A DNA stretch of 64,000 bases, taken from the NCBI GenBank assembly GCA_951406725.2, contig OX597839.1:22692001-22756000 (forward strand), given 5' to 3'. Below, in pieces: positions 13,278-26,034 of the stretch (position 1 is its first letter; each line of letters starts with the position of its first letter). This stretch comes from Octopus vulgaris (Eukaryota). Both the position numbers and the translations under genes were made by a program. The notes beneath the pieces were generated by a model. It saw only the letters and a list, made by a program, of their open reading frames with translations. It was not told the origin of the DNA and ran no database searches.

Positions 13278-13620
13278 TTATATATATATACACACACACA
13301 CATATATACACACACACACACACACATATATATATATTAAGTTAATGTTTGTTTTTATGTTCAGTAATAATAAAAACAATTCTACATTAACCTGATGGGT
13401 TACTCTATACTTGTGTAAGAGTACAGATTTATCATTTTTATACAAAAATATAACTGACAGTGATTTTGAAGCCTGTTCAGCCATCATCTGATTATGGCTA
13501 ATCTGTCTGAAATGGTCAACTGGACAAAACTGTCACTGTCGACAATATCCTTGTTTAAAAAAACCACATACACATATGCACTTATATATCTATATTCAAC
13601 AGATGGAACGATTCAGCACA

Positions 13621-13954
13621 GCCATTCAAGCGAATCGCTAGGAAGTGCTGCCATACCCACCGTACTCTCTTGATTTGGCACCAACGGATTTCTACCTCTT
13701 TTGATCTCTTTCAAATGCTCTGCACAGAGTTTCATTCAATACTTATGCAGAATTGAGAGCTTGGTTGGATCAATTTTATGAGTCGAAATCGAGTGATTTC
13801 TACCAACGAGGTATTGAAAATCTTGTTGAATGTTGGGAAGAAGTTGTAAACAACAAGGGTGAAGACATTATTTATTAATTAGTTGTTATTTTTTATTAAA
13901 ACTTTAAAAAAATTTAAATTTTAGAAAACGGCGGGAATTTAGTTGCCAACCCAA
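13621..13954 (+). pseudogene. Mariner transposase C-terminal remnant with 3' TIR
   Basis: AIQANR*EVLPYPPYSLDLAPTDFYLF*SLSNALHRVSF...FYQRGIENLVECWEEVVNNKGEDIIY* (YSPDLAP.D motif). It is followed by the TIR-like aaaacggcgggaatttagttgccaacccaa and TA. Confidence 0.93.
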
Positions 13955-14011
13955 TATATATATATATATATGATGATGATATATATATACACACATACAT
14001 ATATATGCACG

Positions 14012-14045
<34 letters not shown>

Positions 14046-14046
<1 letters not shown>

Positions 14047-14156
14047 GGCCTGCTCGTTTAGCCAGCGGGGTGGCGTCATTCAAAGGCTAAAACAATGCGA
14101 ACGCATTGTGACCAGCGATGTGTGACAACATCTGATGGTCTGGTCGGTCACGTGAT

Positions 14157-14164
<8 letters not shown>
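14046..14164. mobile_element. Short, highly structured interspersed repeat inserted in (TA)n
   Basis: Several hairpins and a terminal tcacgtgatcacgtga. A diverged opposite-strand copy lies at ~36108-36215. Confidence 0.65.
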
Positions 14165-14207
<43 letters not shown>

Positions 14208-14304
14208 TATTTATACATATATATATACATATATTTTTATACATATATATATGTATATATATATATGTACATGTATATATATATACATATATATATATAT
14301 ACAT

Positions 14305-14568
14305 AGTTTTGGGACCACCACTACTTTATTATCTCCCCTTCTTCCTAACTCTCCTTTGTGACCCCTCTGTCTGGCATTCACCATTGTAGATCGCTAGCCA
14401 CTATACCTTTTTCTATTTTCTCTCCCTGTTTATTTCTGTGTTCCTTTCTGTTGAAGAGCATGGGCTTGAAACATAAAAGACTTTCTTACTTCCCAAGCAT
14501 TAAACTAATACATATGTTTGTTGTTTACACACCCGTCTTTGGCTTTTGTTTTTTGTAAATTCTCACTA
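14305..14568 (+). mobile_element. Family E repeat, probable Penelope-like terminus
   Basis: ttctgttgaagagcatgggcttgaaacataaaagac..aaactaatacatatgtttgttgtttacacacc. Homologous copies lie at ~38320-38510 (+) and ~59822-60042 (-), all next to TA tracts. Confidence 0.65.
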
Positions 14569-16023
14569 TATATATATATATATAGTGAGAATATATATAT
14601 GTACATATATGTACATATACATGCATGCATACATGCATACATACATACATACATACATATACATCAATCATCCTCATCTTCCTTATTTACATCCAGTTTC
14701 CATGCTGGCATGGGTTACATGAATCTTCATGGTCTGAGTCATCTCCTTTTGCTTCCAAGAGGTGATGCTCATACATACCATTTCGCATGGTTTCTATGAC
14801 TGGATGTGCTTCCTAATGCCAACCACTTTGCAGAATGTACTGAATGTTTTATATGGCCCCAACACCAGAGAGAGATTGAAAATAAAAAGCATCCAGAACC
14901 CAATGCATTTCCTGCCCAGTTTGTCACCCACTTTGCACAACATTCTGGAGGGCAAGCTTCAGTACAATTTCCATCAACTAGATTTCACTCAGAAAATATT
15001 TGTCAACCCAAGAATGTCCTATCATAAGACACTTGGTCTCCAATTCCTTCATAATAAAGCCAATTTTGGAACTGCGCCACTTCAAAAGAAACTTCTTAAC
15101 CCTGCCATAACCATACCTGTACATGGAGGGAATTTATTTCAATAGGAAATTCAGCCACAAAATGGTTAACACTTTCGTTGAAATTGACCAAACCGATGCC
15201 AATGTCTACTAAAGTGGAAATAAAACACACACACACACACACACACACACGAAAAACAAAAAACCCCAAAATGCAAATTATTTCTGTAGGAGCTCTTCTC
15301 TACTGACCTTTATAACAGACTTACAAGTTTAAAACATTAAGTTCAAGTATTCATTGTCAATCCATATCTGATAGTAATTATAAAATGGTTGGTGGATGCA
15401 GAATTCACTGGTGAAAAGCAGCAACAACAACAACAACAACAGCAACAACAAGAGACAATTCTTGCGGTGACTGGTGACTGAACAAGTGCCACTCTCTGAC
15501 CTCGGCTGGAAATGTCAACATCATTATTCTATTATCATTTTTACAATGATAGATGGAAATAGAAACGAAAAAAGAAAAAAAACCCAAGAAACAAAAACAA
15601 GCCACATATACAAGCAGTTATGTGTGTGTGTGTGTGTCTATGTTTGTGTTTATATATTTGACATTACACACTGCCAGGGTCAACCCACCCTGTGCCTCCC
15701 CGCCCCCCCGCCCCCCAGTGCATCGGTGGGGGGGGGGAGGGGGGCTCTGAGTCAGCGAGCCACTTGATAAATGGTGGATCAATAAAATAAGTACCACCAG
15801 ACAGAAATAGGTATGGGGTAGGGGGTTGGGTGAGGTGGGGTGGTGTGAGTTAGTGGTGATGGTGGTGGTGGTGGTGGAAGGAAGGGGGGTGTCGATATGA
15901 TGGACTAAAACATTTGAAGGCAGTGCCCCAGCATGGCCACAGTCGAATCACTGAACTGAAACCAGTCAAAGAATTAAAACAACGAAACACTATAATGTTA
16001 TTATTATCATTATTGCTGTTGTT

Positions 16024-16262
16024 ATTATTATTATTATTATTATGGAGACAAGCTGGCAGAACCATTAGCATGCTGGACAAAATGCTTAGCGGTAGTTCGT
16101 CCTTTGCTACATTTTGAGTTCAAATCCTGCTGAGGTCGACTTGGCCTTTCATCCTTTCGGGATCAATAAAATAAGTACCAGTGGAATACTGGGGGTCAAT
16201 GTAATCGACTCATCCCCATATCCCACCCCGTCAAGCTGACTTGTGGAAAAAATCTGAAATAA
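16024..16262 (+). mobile_element. SINE family B, diverged, following (TTA)n
   Basis: aagctggcagaaccattagc...gagttcaaatcc...gcctttcatcctttcgggatcaataaaataagtaccag. Confidence 0.85.
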
Positions 16263-16599
16263 TTATTAGTACATGCCTGCTCTGGTTTATAAGAGAGAAC
16301 AATCAAAGTAAACGAATGGAGTAACTTGCCTAAGACTGGGAGAGTGTGATGGTTGTCAGACCAGACACAAACATAATCTTTTATGAGAAGTGGGCCCCAT
16401 GAGTCATGAGTTATGTGTCAAACAGACCACTCTACTCAAAATAGTCAAGCTAGCTTTTCATTAGTGTGCCTTTCAGAAGGTCCTGCATGGCCACATGTAG
16501 CCCATTATTGACCAAGACATTCTGGCACTCTCTCCTCTCCAGCACAGTTGGAACCCCTTCAGCCACAGGGGTCTTTATCATATGAGCTCACAGATGCTG

Positions 16600-16846
16600 G
16601 GGCCATGTAGAGAGCCCCAGTGCTGGGTCCACGTGGAAAGTACTGATGCTGGTGCCACATAAAAAGCTTCCAGTGCATACTGTAAAATGGTTGGTGTTAA
16701 GAAGGGCATCCAGCCATAGGAACCATGCCAAAGCAGGCAACTGTGGCCTGGTGTAGCTCTCCAGCCATGCCAGCTCCTGTCAAATGGTCTAACCCATACC
16801 AGCATGGAAAACGGATGTTAAATGATGATGATGATGATGATGATGA
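16600..16846 (+). mobile_element. Family C segment with (GAT)n tail
   Basis: ggtgccacataaaaagc...gttggtgttaagaagggcatccagcc...ggatgttaaatgatgatg. Confidence 0.8.
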
Positions 16847-17266
16847 GGTCTGTTTTCAGAGATTAATTTTTCCCACAAATAAAACTAAAGTCATCGTAAA
16901 TGTAAAACTGCATGAGGATTTCATCATGAGTCAGTATATACGATACACAAACAAATACTCTCACACACACACACAAGTGGTTAGGGTCAGGGTAGTGAAA
17001 TGGTGTTAATGTTCAACATGATTAAATACAAACCTGAACATTGTCCTATAAAATAGATGCCGTCTGTTTACTCATTCAAGTTGTATATATTTATAAATAG
17101 TTGTAGATTTAGAACAGATGGTTTAGTTAGCTTACAAACCAATCGAGACGCTACAACGAAACAACAATGCAAGAGATGTACAAGAGAACTGGATGCTGGT
17201 GTTTTCAGGCCACAATGGAATGGTGTCGGTGGAAGAGTAAGAATTGATGCCACATTGCTGACACAT

Positions 17267-17703
17267 CTCTCTTTTACTTGTTTCAGTCATTTTGACTGCG
17301 GCCATGCTGGAGCACCGCCTTTAATCGAGCAACTCGACCCCAGGACTTATTCTTTGTAAGCCCAGTACTTATTCTATCGGTCTCTTTTGCCGAACCGCTA
17401 AGTGACGGGGACGTAAACACACCACCATCGGTTGTCAAGCAATGCTAGGGGAACAAACACAGACACACAAACACACACACATATATATATATATACATAT
17501 ATACGACAGGCTTCTTTCAGTTTCCGTCTACCAAATCCACTCACAAGGCATTGGTCGGCCCGGGGCTATAGCAGAAGACACTTGCCCAAGATGCCACGCA
17601 GTGGGACTGAACCCGGAACCATGTGGTTGGTTAGCAAGCTACTTACCACACAGCCACTCCTGCGCCTATGCCACTCCTGCGCCTATGCCACTCCTGCGCC
17701 TAT
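17267..17703 (-). mobile_element. SINE family A, full-length young copy with a triplicated 5' end
   Basis: Near-identical to the copies at 35558, 47787, 56840 and 62846. gccactcctgcgcctat occurs three times at 17653-17703. Confidence 0.95.
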
Positions 17704-18389
17704 TGTGATTCCTGCTCAAAGAAAGATCCAGGAGCCAAACTCATAATTAGAATTTAACAAAGTCCTTGTAAACTTGACACAACTCCTAATTAACCCTGTA
17801 TAAACAGTGTACAATCTACACAGGAGGGTGTTTCAGTCTGCTTGTGACTACATTGGCACTCCGAGTACCCCTCTATGGTACCTATTTTCAATTGTCTTGC
17901 AGTGGTTGTCATTGGGTAACTAGGCCCCTTTCCCCATCGTATGGAGATGTTTAGAAGGGTTGAAAAGGGTTCAGACTAAATTCACAACATCATTTAGCAT
18001 CTGCTTTCCATGCTGGCATGGGTTGGATGGTTTGGCTGGAACTGGTAAGCTACACCAGGTTCCAGTCTGATTTCGGCTTGATGCTCTTCCTAATGTCAAT
18101 CATTCCGAGAGTGTCACGGGTGCCATTTATATGTCGCCAGCATGGGTCCCTTTTATGTGTCACTGGCACTGTCCGCAACTATGATTTCTCTTGACTCGAC
18201 AAGTCTTCTGAAGCACAGCAAACAGCCAAAGGTCTTGATCATTTGTCATCATCTGTGCAAGACCCAAAATCTGAAGATCATGAGAGGTTTTCATAAAATT
18301 CAAATGGTTTTAAGCATTTTAAATTTGCCCAACACCATGGTGGTAAAGAATTACATGGAGCGAAAAACAAAGAATCTTCATTAATAAAG

Positions 18390-18502
18390 AAAGGATGAAA
18401 GGCAAAGTCGACCTCGGCGGAATTTGAACACAGAATGTAGCAGCAGACAAAATATCACTATGCAATTTCACCTGGCATGCCAACGATTCTGCCAGCTCAC
18501 CT

Positions 18503-18503
<1 letters not shown>
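18390..18503 (-). mobile_element. SINE family B, partial (head half)
   Basis: aaaggatgaaaggcaaagtcgacctcggcggaatttgaac...ctgccagctcacc. Confidence 0.85.
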
Positions 18504-18533
<30 letters not shown>

Positions 18534-18548
18534 TAATAATAATAATAA

Positions 18549-19102
18549 CCCTGATGCAGTACCAGGCAGTGGCTCTCATGGCTTCTGATCTTAACTGATT
18601 GGAAGTGTCATCATGTACATTATTTTGTCTTGGTATAAAAGATGGGCTACAGCAAATATTCTGCTCAATACCACAGATTTGCTTGTCAGTTGTTTGACCT
18701 TAACCAGTTGAGCATGTCCCTTAATGGCTGACAATACGTGCATCTCTGATCATGAGCAGAAGTAGTGGGGGAGCATCATAGCCATGTGTTGAGAGGGATT
18801 CTTTGGGGGTTTGAATAATTCACCTCTGGAAACATAGGTGTTTCGTTCAACATCCTAAAGCAACCCTTATTCAGGGACCTTTGAGCAGGATGGGCTACTC
18901 GACCTGAAGAAAATTCTAACTGGGCCCCACCTGCAAGGTCATGTGCTGTTTATCTTGATATGAGATCACCATGTCGTGCACATATGGTTGTGATGCATGT
19001 GCCTGGTGTATCTTTATCAGACGGGTAGTCATGATGGGTATGCTGGGCTTCGTATATTTGTACCGTAGTGTCACTTTGATGGCATGCACTGCTCTCTAAC
19101 TC
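18549..19102 (+). mobile_element. Family D: 3' region of a non-LTR retroelement inserted in (AAT)n (possibly R4/Dong-like)
   Basis: Four copies share a fixed 3' end (...gcactgctctctcactc(aat)n) and have variable 5' ends. All are flanked by (aat)n. No ORF was recognised. Confidence 0.8.
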
Positions 19103-19131
19103 ATTAATAACAATAATAATGATAATAACAA

Positions 19132-19303
19132 CCCTTTCTATTATAGGGAAAAGGCCTGAAATTTGGTGGAGGAGATAGTCAATTACATCGACCCCAGTGT
19201 GTAACTGGTCCTTATTTCATTGACCTCGAAAGGATGAAAGGCAAAGTTAACCTCAGCAGAATCTGAACTCAGAATGTAGCGGCAGACGAAATACCACTAA
19301 GCA
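19132..19303 (-). mobile_element. SINE family B (tail type 2)
   Basis: cctttctattataggg..aggcctgaaattt...gaaaggatgaaaggcaaag...gaactcagaatg. Confidence 0.85.
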
Positions 19304-19323
19304 TAATAATAATAATAATAATA

Positions 19324-19379
<56 letters not shown>

Positions 19380-19822
19380 GATAACAACAACATCAACAAC
19401 AACAACAATAATAAAACATTTACAATAAATGATAGATAATAACATTCATGTTTATATATATATGAAAGGAATTTGTTGAAAGCATCATTTTATGAAATAT
19501 AGATGATGTGTGGGTGTAGGACATCTCTCTAGCAGACTAAACAGAATTCTGTGAACTCCAGGTAACAAGACCAATTTGAAACCCTTTCATGTCGGCTGAG
19601 TTCAATAACAAATTTAGGCACAGGGATACCCGGTGACCCTGTCTGACTTTGATGTTCTCGGAATCAATTTTGTGTTTAAAATTCCAGAAGTTTCTTCACT
19701 CAAACAGAGCCAAGAGAGGATGGCATCGATCTCGACCGTTCTTTAAAGTCTGGTCTTTTGATGGTAAATTGCTTCAGGTGGGGAAGGTCTTTGGTACTGT
19801 CACATTCGATATCACTGCAGCA

Positions 19823-20075
19823 ATCATCATCATCATCGTCATCATCATCAACACCACCACCACCATCACCACCACCATCTTCACCACCATCATCATCCCC
19901 TCCCTCACCACCACTGCCAGTATCAGCATTATTATTGTTGCCATCGTCATCATCATCACTGTCATCATCATCATCATCGTCATCATCATCAACACCACCA
20001 CCACCACCACCATCACCACCACTGCCAGTATCAGCATCATTATTGTTGCCATCGTCATCATCATCATCATCACAA
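19823..20075. repeat. Compound (ATC)/(ACC) microsatellite with an internal duplication
   Basis: The block accactgccagtatcagcat.attattgttgccatcgtcatc occurs twice (~19910, ~20020). Confidence 0.85.
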
Positions 20076-20509
20076 CAGCCATCCCAGTCATGGCCACACC
20101 CACCCCAACCCACCAGACATTAACACCCCCCCTCCATCATCACAATAATCCACATTAACATACTCTAAGCCTTCATCACATTTTCACCCATCATTATCAA
20201 ATTTGCAGATGAATACATTATCAACCTGCCCCCCACCATCCCCCCCACCACCCCCACCCCACCATCCCCCCACCACCACCATCTACTACAGCTACATGAT
20301 CAGCCTAACACTACTTACTAACACTAAAAAGCTAGGGACCCTCTATGTGGCTCTATGACATGCTAGAAATACCAGCCAATGTTTGGGGTGGTAGATTGAA
20401 TCTTTCTTCAAGCTTATGACCACCAGTTGGCTTTTGGGGTCCCTCTGTTGCAAGTGTTAGGGGTCAGATCCCTGCTCTGAGGATAACTTCCTGTCAATCC
20501 AACCCTACC

Positions 20510-20820
20510 CCATGATGAGCACTCCAGTTGATCCGATTGATGGAACAGCCTGCGCAAGAAATTAGCATATAAGTGGCTGAGTACTCCACAGGCATGCATA
20601 CCCTTGATGTAGCTCTCAAGGGGATTCAGCATAACATAGAATGTGACAAGGCTGGGCCCTCTTGAATTACTGGTACAACTCATTTTGGCCAGCTGAGTGG
20701 ACGGGAGCAATGTGGAATAAAGTTTCTTGTTCAAGTGAACAACACATTGCTGGGAATTGAACTTATGACCTTACAATCATGAGCCGAATGCCCTTACTAC
20801 TAAGCTATGTGCCTTCACTT
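20510..20820 (-). mobile_element. Older tRNA-derived SINE with the same head/core as 24431-24766
   Basis: On the minus strand: gtgaaggcacatagcttagtagtaagggc...aagttcaattccc...cttgaacaagaaactttattccacattgctcccgtccactcagctgg. Confidence 0.7.
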
Positions 20821-20851
20821 GCGTGTGTATTAAATTAAAGAAGAGCAGTCG

Positions 20852-21170
20852 TCATCATCATCATCGTTTAATGTCCGTTTTCCATGCTGGCATGGGTTGG
20901 ACGGTTCAACTGGGGTCTTGGAAGCCAGAAGGCTGCACCAGACCCAGTCTCATCTGGCAGTGTTTTTACGGCTGGATACCCTTCCTAACGCCAACCACTC
21001 CGAGAGTGTAGTGGGTACTTTTTGCATGCCACCTGCACAGGTGCCAGACGAGGCTGGCAAACGGCCACGATCGGATGGTGCTTTTTACGTGCCACCGGCA
21101 CGGGGGTCAGACGAGGCTGGCAACGGCCACGATCGGATGGTGCTTTTTACGTGCCACCGGCACAAGGGCC
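20852..21170 (-). mobile_element. Family C element with an internal ~60-bp tandem duplication
   Basis: (cat)n tail at 20852; cagacgaggctggcaa.cggccacgatcggatggtgctttttacgtgccaccggcac occurs twice. Confidence 0.88.
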
Positions 21171-22103
21171 AGTGTAAATTAAAATATGGAAGACCAGTGT
21201 GTATTGAAATATGGAAGACTGCAAACTCTCTGTCCACAATAAAAGTACTCAAATAAAATATCTGAGAAGAAATGGTACCAGTGTGAGGTACTCGGTGTGA
21301 GGTGGGTGAACTGAAAGGATATAACTGGCAACAGGTGTGTGTGAAGGAGGTAATAAGATGACTTGTTGATGTCAATACTGCTCTCCCCCACAACATCTCT
21401 TGATTGGTGAGAGAGAATTGAAAGCGTGTGTGTGTGTGTTTGGTGAAGAGAGAAAAATAATGTGTTGTGTTTTGATATACAGCTTGGTTGTGATGCAGCA
21501 CGAGATGTCGCATACAGTAGGGCGTATATGATGTAATGCCAGAAAGAATTTAACACACAGCGCTGTGTTTGGTGTCAGGCGTAAATTAGCTTCAGCTGTG
21601 TTGAGAGTCTTGAAGTGTGTCAGGCCACAAGGTAGAAACGGTTCTCTCTGTAAATCTGAAATGGTAACTGAGTCTAAGAAAGTTCCAATGCAGCACTCCC
21701 TAATATTCTTCTGAGGAAACAGTGACTTGTTATAATACAGAGGTGTCCATAGGGCCACAGGGGTTGAACTGAAGTCCTCTGGGAATCCAGTCTGTGGAAA
21801 CCAGGATTCGTTTCAAGAAAAAAACAATGTACCAATGGTGTTCCGAGGTGAACTGTTCCACTTAACCAGTCAAACATTGTTCAAAAGATCTGGGGGTTGG
21901 ATGTGTGGACCCGCAGAGGCCCTCCTAGTGATGAATGATAAGATTTAATTAAAACAACCGTTTGAATAATTGAATGACGAAGCTCATGATGAGGAGGGGG
22001 GGAGGAGCTGACAAAGAACAGAGGTGGAGGGGAGGGGGTGTTTGCTGGATATGGCAGCAGGTGTGAATGTAAATAGCAGAGTAATGGAACCTACTTTCAT
22101 GAG

Positions 22104-22156
<53 letters not shown>

Positions 22157-22420
22157 TGTATATATAAATGGCACTGACGAATTTCCTATTGGTTATCATA
22201 ACTTGCTCCACTCTCTGTCGCACCATCACCACTAAAACAAACAACTCCATGAGGAGGAATGAACAAGGATGGCCAATGTGTGTGGGTGGGTGGATGGGTG
22301 GGTGGGTGTGCAAGAGCAAGTGGGTGTCCCATTATTGGCTAAAACGATGAGAAAACAAACAGGAAATTAGCAAAGATGTGTGTTTTGCATTTGTGCCTGC
22401 TCACCCCCCCGCCCAAAGTG

Positions 22421-22925
22421 CATCACCACCACCACCACCACAACCAATGCAGCCACTACCCCCACTACCACCACAACCAATGCAGCCACTACCCCCACTA
22501 CCACCACAACCATCACCACCACCACCACCACCACAACCAATGCAGCCACTACCTCCACCACCACCACAACCAATGCAGCCACTACCTCCACTACCACCAC
22601 AACCATCACCACCACAACCACCACCACAACCAATGCAGCCACTACCTTCACTACCACCACAACCATCACCACCACAACCACCACCACAACCAATGCAGCT
22701 ACTACCTCCACTACCACCACAACCATCACCACCACAACCACCACCACAACCAATGCAGCCACTACCTCCACTACCACCACAACCATCACCACCACCACCA
22801 CAACCAATGCAGTCACTACCCCCACTACCACCACAACCATCACCACCATCACCACCACCGACACCACAACCAATGCAGCCACTACCCCCACTACCACCAC
22901 AACCACCACCACCACCACTACCACT
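22421..22925. repeat. CAC-derived minisatellite with 33-60 bp units (core caaccaatgcagccactacc)
   Basis: Exact 60-bp periodicity is visible across 22561-22800. Confidence 0.95.
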
Positions 22926-23259
22926 ACACCATCAAAATCACTACTGACATCACCACCAAGATCATCACCATCATCACCATCATCATCATCGTCATCATCG
23001 CCATTGTGATGTCGTCATCGTTCAAGAGGAAATAGCAAACGGTAAAACATGTGCCAGAGAAGACGTGGGTTTGATAGGTTGTAAATATTTGATGAAATGA
23101 CAAGTTTTTTCCCGTTATTGATGGCAAGATGCTGCGATTCCTTCCAACCGACAAAACTCATTTCATTAACATTCTGGAGCAATTGTGATGTCGTTTGTTT
23201 TTTGGCTGCACAATTAATCTGCTCGTTATTAGTGCAATATGTGCATTTATTGATTGCTG

Positions 23260-23761
<502 letters not shown>

Positions 23762-23974
23762 AGGTGTGTGGATCAGTTTTTATAAATATTTACCAATTTA
23801 ATACAAAGCAGATCCAAAAGAAAATAAAAAAAAAGAAACAGACAAGAAACCATTCTGTTGGACAATTATTAAAACTCTACAGCAATCATTCGTAATAACC
23901 TGGCAACCAAGCCAGAATCGGTAGAGCATCCAACAAAATATCTGGTGGTATTTCTTTTGGCTCTTTCACCTGGC

Positions 23975-24232
23975 CCTCGTGCCGGTGGCACATAAAACGC
24001 ACCATCCGTTCGTGGCCGTTTGCCAGCTCTGTCTGGCACCTGTGCGGGTGGCACGTAAAAAGCACCCACTACACTCACGGAGTGGTTGGCGTTAGGAAGG
24101 GCATCCAGCCGTAGAAACACTGCCAGATAAGACTGGGCCTGATGAAGCCTTCTGGCTTCATAGATCCCCAGTAGAACCGTCCAACCCATGCTAGCATGGA
24201 AAACGGACGCTAAACGATGATGATGATGATGA
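23975..24232 (+). mobile_element. Family C element with (GAT)n tail
   Basis: gtgccggtggcacataaaacgcacc...gttaggaagggcatccagccgtag...ggacgctaaacgatgatg. Confidence 0.88.
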
Positions 24233-24430
24233 TTGAGGGCAACTTTGCCATTCACCATTCTGGGGTCAATAGATTACCAAATCAGTTTAACCCTTAAAAT
24301 GCAAGAAAAGGTTGCATGAAATGTCTGTGCCAGGCAGGCAATGTAACAGAATGGTACTTTTTGCCTTCAGACTAACTTTTATGCTTATTTTCACTTTTAA
24401 TTCTTAAGCATTTAAATCATCCACATCCAG

Positions 24431-24766
24431 TTCATGGCTCAGTGGTTAGAGCGTAGGGCTCCCAAGCATGAGGTCGTGTGTTCAATTCCCACACTGGGCT
24501 GTGTGTTGTGTTCTTGAGCAAGGCACTTTATTTCACATTGCTCCAGTTCACTCAGCCGTGGAAACGAGTTGTGATGTCACTGGTGCCAAGCTGTATTGGC
24601 CCCTTTGCCTTTCCCAGTGGTATGAAGAGGGGGGAGGGTGGTATGCATGGGTCGCTGCTGGTCTTCCATAAACAACTTTGACCAGACTTGTGCCTTGGGG
24701 CGGTGGGGAACTTTCTAGGTGCAATCCCATGGTCATTCATGACTGAAGGGGGTCTTTACCCTTTTA
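24431..24766 (+). mobile_element. tRNA-derived SINE with a 10-bp TSD
   Basis: A box tggctcagtggttaga, B box gttcaattccc, core ttcttgagcaaggcactt, tail ctttacccttttac. The TSD is ccacatccag (24421-24430) / ccatatccag (24767-24776). Confidence 0.9.
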
Positions 24767-24895
24767 CCATATCCAGCCCAAGTATTCCACCTGATTTATG
24801 TTCAAACTGGCCAGATCCTGTCTCTCTCACCTAACTGACAATGTCATTCCAAAAATAAACAATCACATTGCTGAAATCTCAAAGCTACGAGATAA

Positions 24896-25243
24896 TCTTT
24901 ATATATAAAAGAGAGGTTGTGTGTCTGTCTCCTACAATTTAGATTCCTAACTACTCCCACATTTTGTGGTGCAGTTTACCCAAAAGCGGGTATCTTATAG
25001 TCGTGATTCATATCGAGCCCTTCTGGGTATTAGCGCGCGTCTACAATGAGTCTACGATAAAAAAAAAAATTTACCATCATTTTTTTCCATTTTAATGCAT
25101 TTTTTCCGCTATTATATAAGGGAAGTAACTCTCTAAAAATGTCTACGATGCATTTTTTTGCTATTTTTTGGCTATAACTCTCTAAAAATGCTTATATAGT
25201 TATTTCCCTTACAAACCCGAGCAACGCCGGGCGATACTGCTAG
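24896..25243 (+). mobile_element. Non-autonomous Helitron (5' type 2)
   Basis: a|TCtttatatataaaag ... cccgagcaacgccggg cgatactgCTAG|t. Confidence 0.92.
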
Positions 25244-25553
25244 TGTATGATAAATTCAAAATGATTTGAAAAAATAATCCTTACATTTGACAGAGAATAA
25301 ATCTGAAAGCCAAAGGGATAACTAAGACGAAAATGTATAGAAATGATATTTTAATTGTCTCAGATTGTCAAAGTCACTCACCTAATGATGAAGAAAAGTC
25401 AGAAAAAAAAAAACTTCATCTCTGTATAAATCTTTCATTTATGACTTGATCTGCCCGAACCAATTAAGGCCTGATTATACTAATTAAGGCACATTGGATG
25501 AAGAAGATGCTGAAACATCAATTGATGATGGTCATGTCAATGGAAAATTTCAG

Positions 25554-25974
25554 TTACTCTCTCTCTCTTTTACTCTTTTACTTGTTTCAGTTATTTGACT
25601 GCGGCCATGCTGGGGCACCGCCTTTAGTCGAGCAAATCGACCCTGGGATTTATTCTTTGTAAGCCCAGTACTTATTCTATCGGTCTCTTTTGCCGAACTG
25701 CTAAGTAACGGGGACGTAAACACACCAACATCGGTTGTCAAGCAATGCTAGGGGGACAAACACAGACAGACACACAAACACACACATACATATACATATA
25801 TATACATATATACGACAGGCTTCATTCAGTTTCCATCTACCAAATCCACTCACAAGGCTTTGGTTGGCCCGAGGCTATAGCAGAAGACACTTGCCCAAGA
25901 TGCCACGCAGTGGGACTGAACCTGGAACCATGCGGTTGGTAAACAAGCTACTTACCACACAGCCACTCCTGCGC
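25554..25974 (-). mobile_element. SINE family A, full length
   Basis: Full match to the family A consensus. Confidence 0.93.
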
Positions 25975-26034
25975 TAAAAGTTAATCGACTTTTCCCCTTC
26001 TCTGTAAATTTCTGTCTTTATGCCAATGTTATGA

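Larger units (their letters stand above)
24401..25317. mobile_element. Degenerate TTAA-type (piggyBac-like) MITE hosting a SINE and a Helitron
   Basis: The ends ttaa|ttcttaagcattt and gaaagccaaaggg|ataa look like decayed ttaa|ccctttagcatt TIRs. The sequence reads continuously once both inserts are removed. Confidence 0.6.

Noticed and set aside
19700-20113. Acidic ORF ending SDIECDSTKDLPHLKQFTIKRPDFKERSRSMPSSLGSV
   Set aside because: It is mostly (GAT)/(GGT) microsatellite; the 40-aa unique tail has no recognisable homology or convincing acceptor.
21240-21960. 700-bp unique stretch with several overlapping ORFs
   Set aside because: I could identify no consistent frame, domain or splice pattern.
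24431-24500. tRNA gene-like sequence (A and B boxes)
   Set aside because: It continues into a SINE core and tail and is flanked by a TSD, with no intact acceptor stem. The same applies to the family A and B heads.
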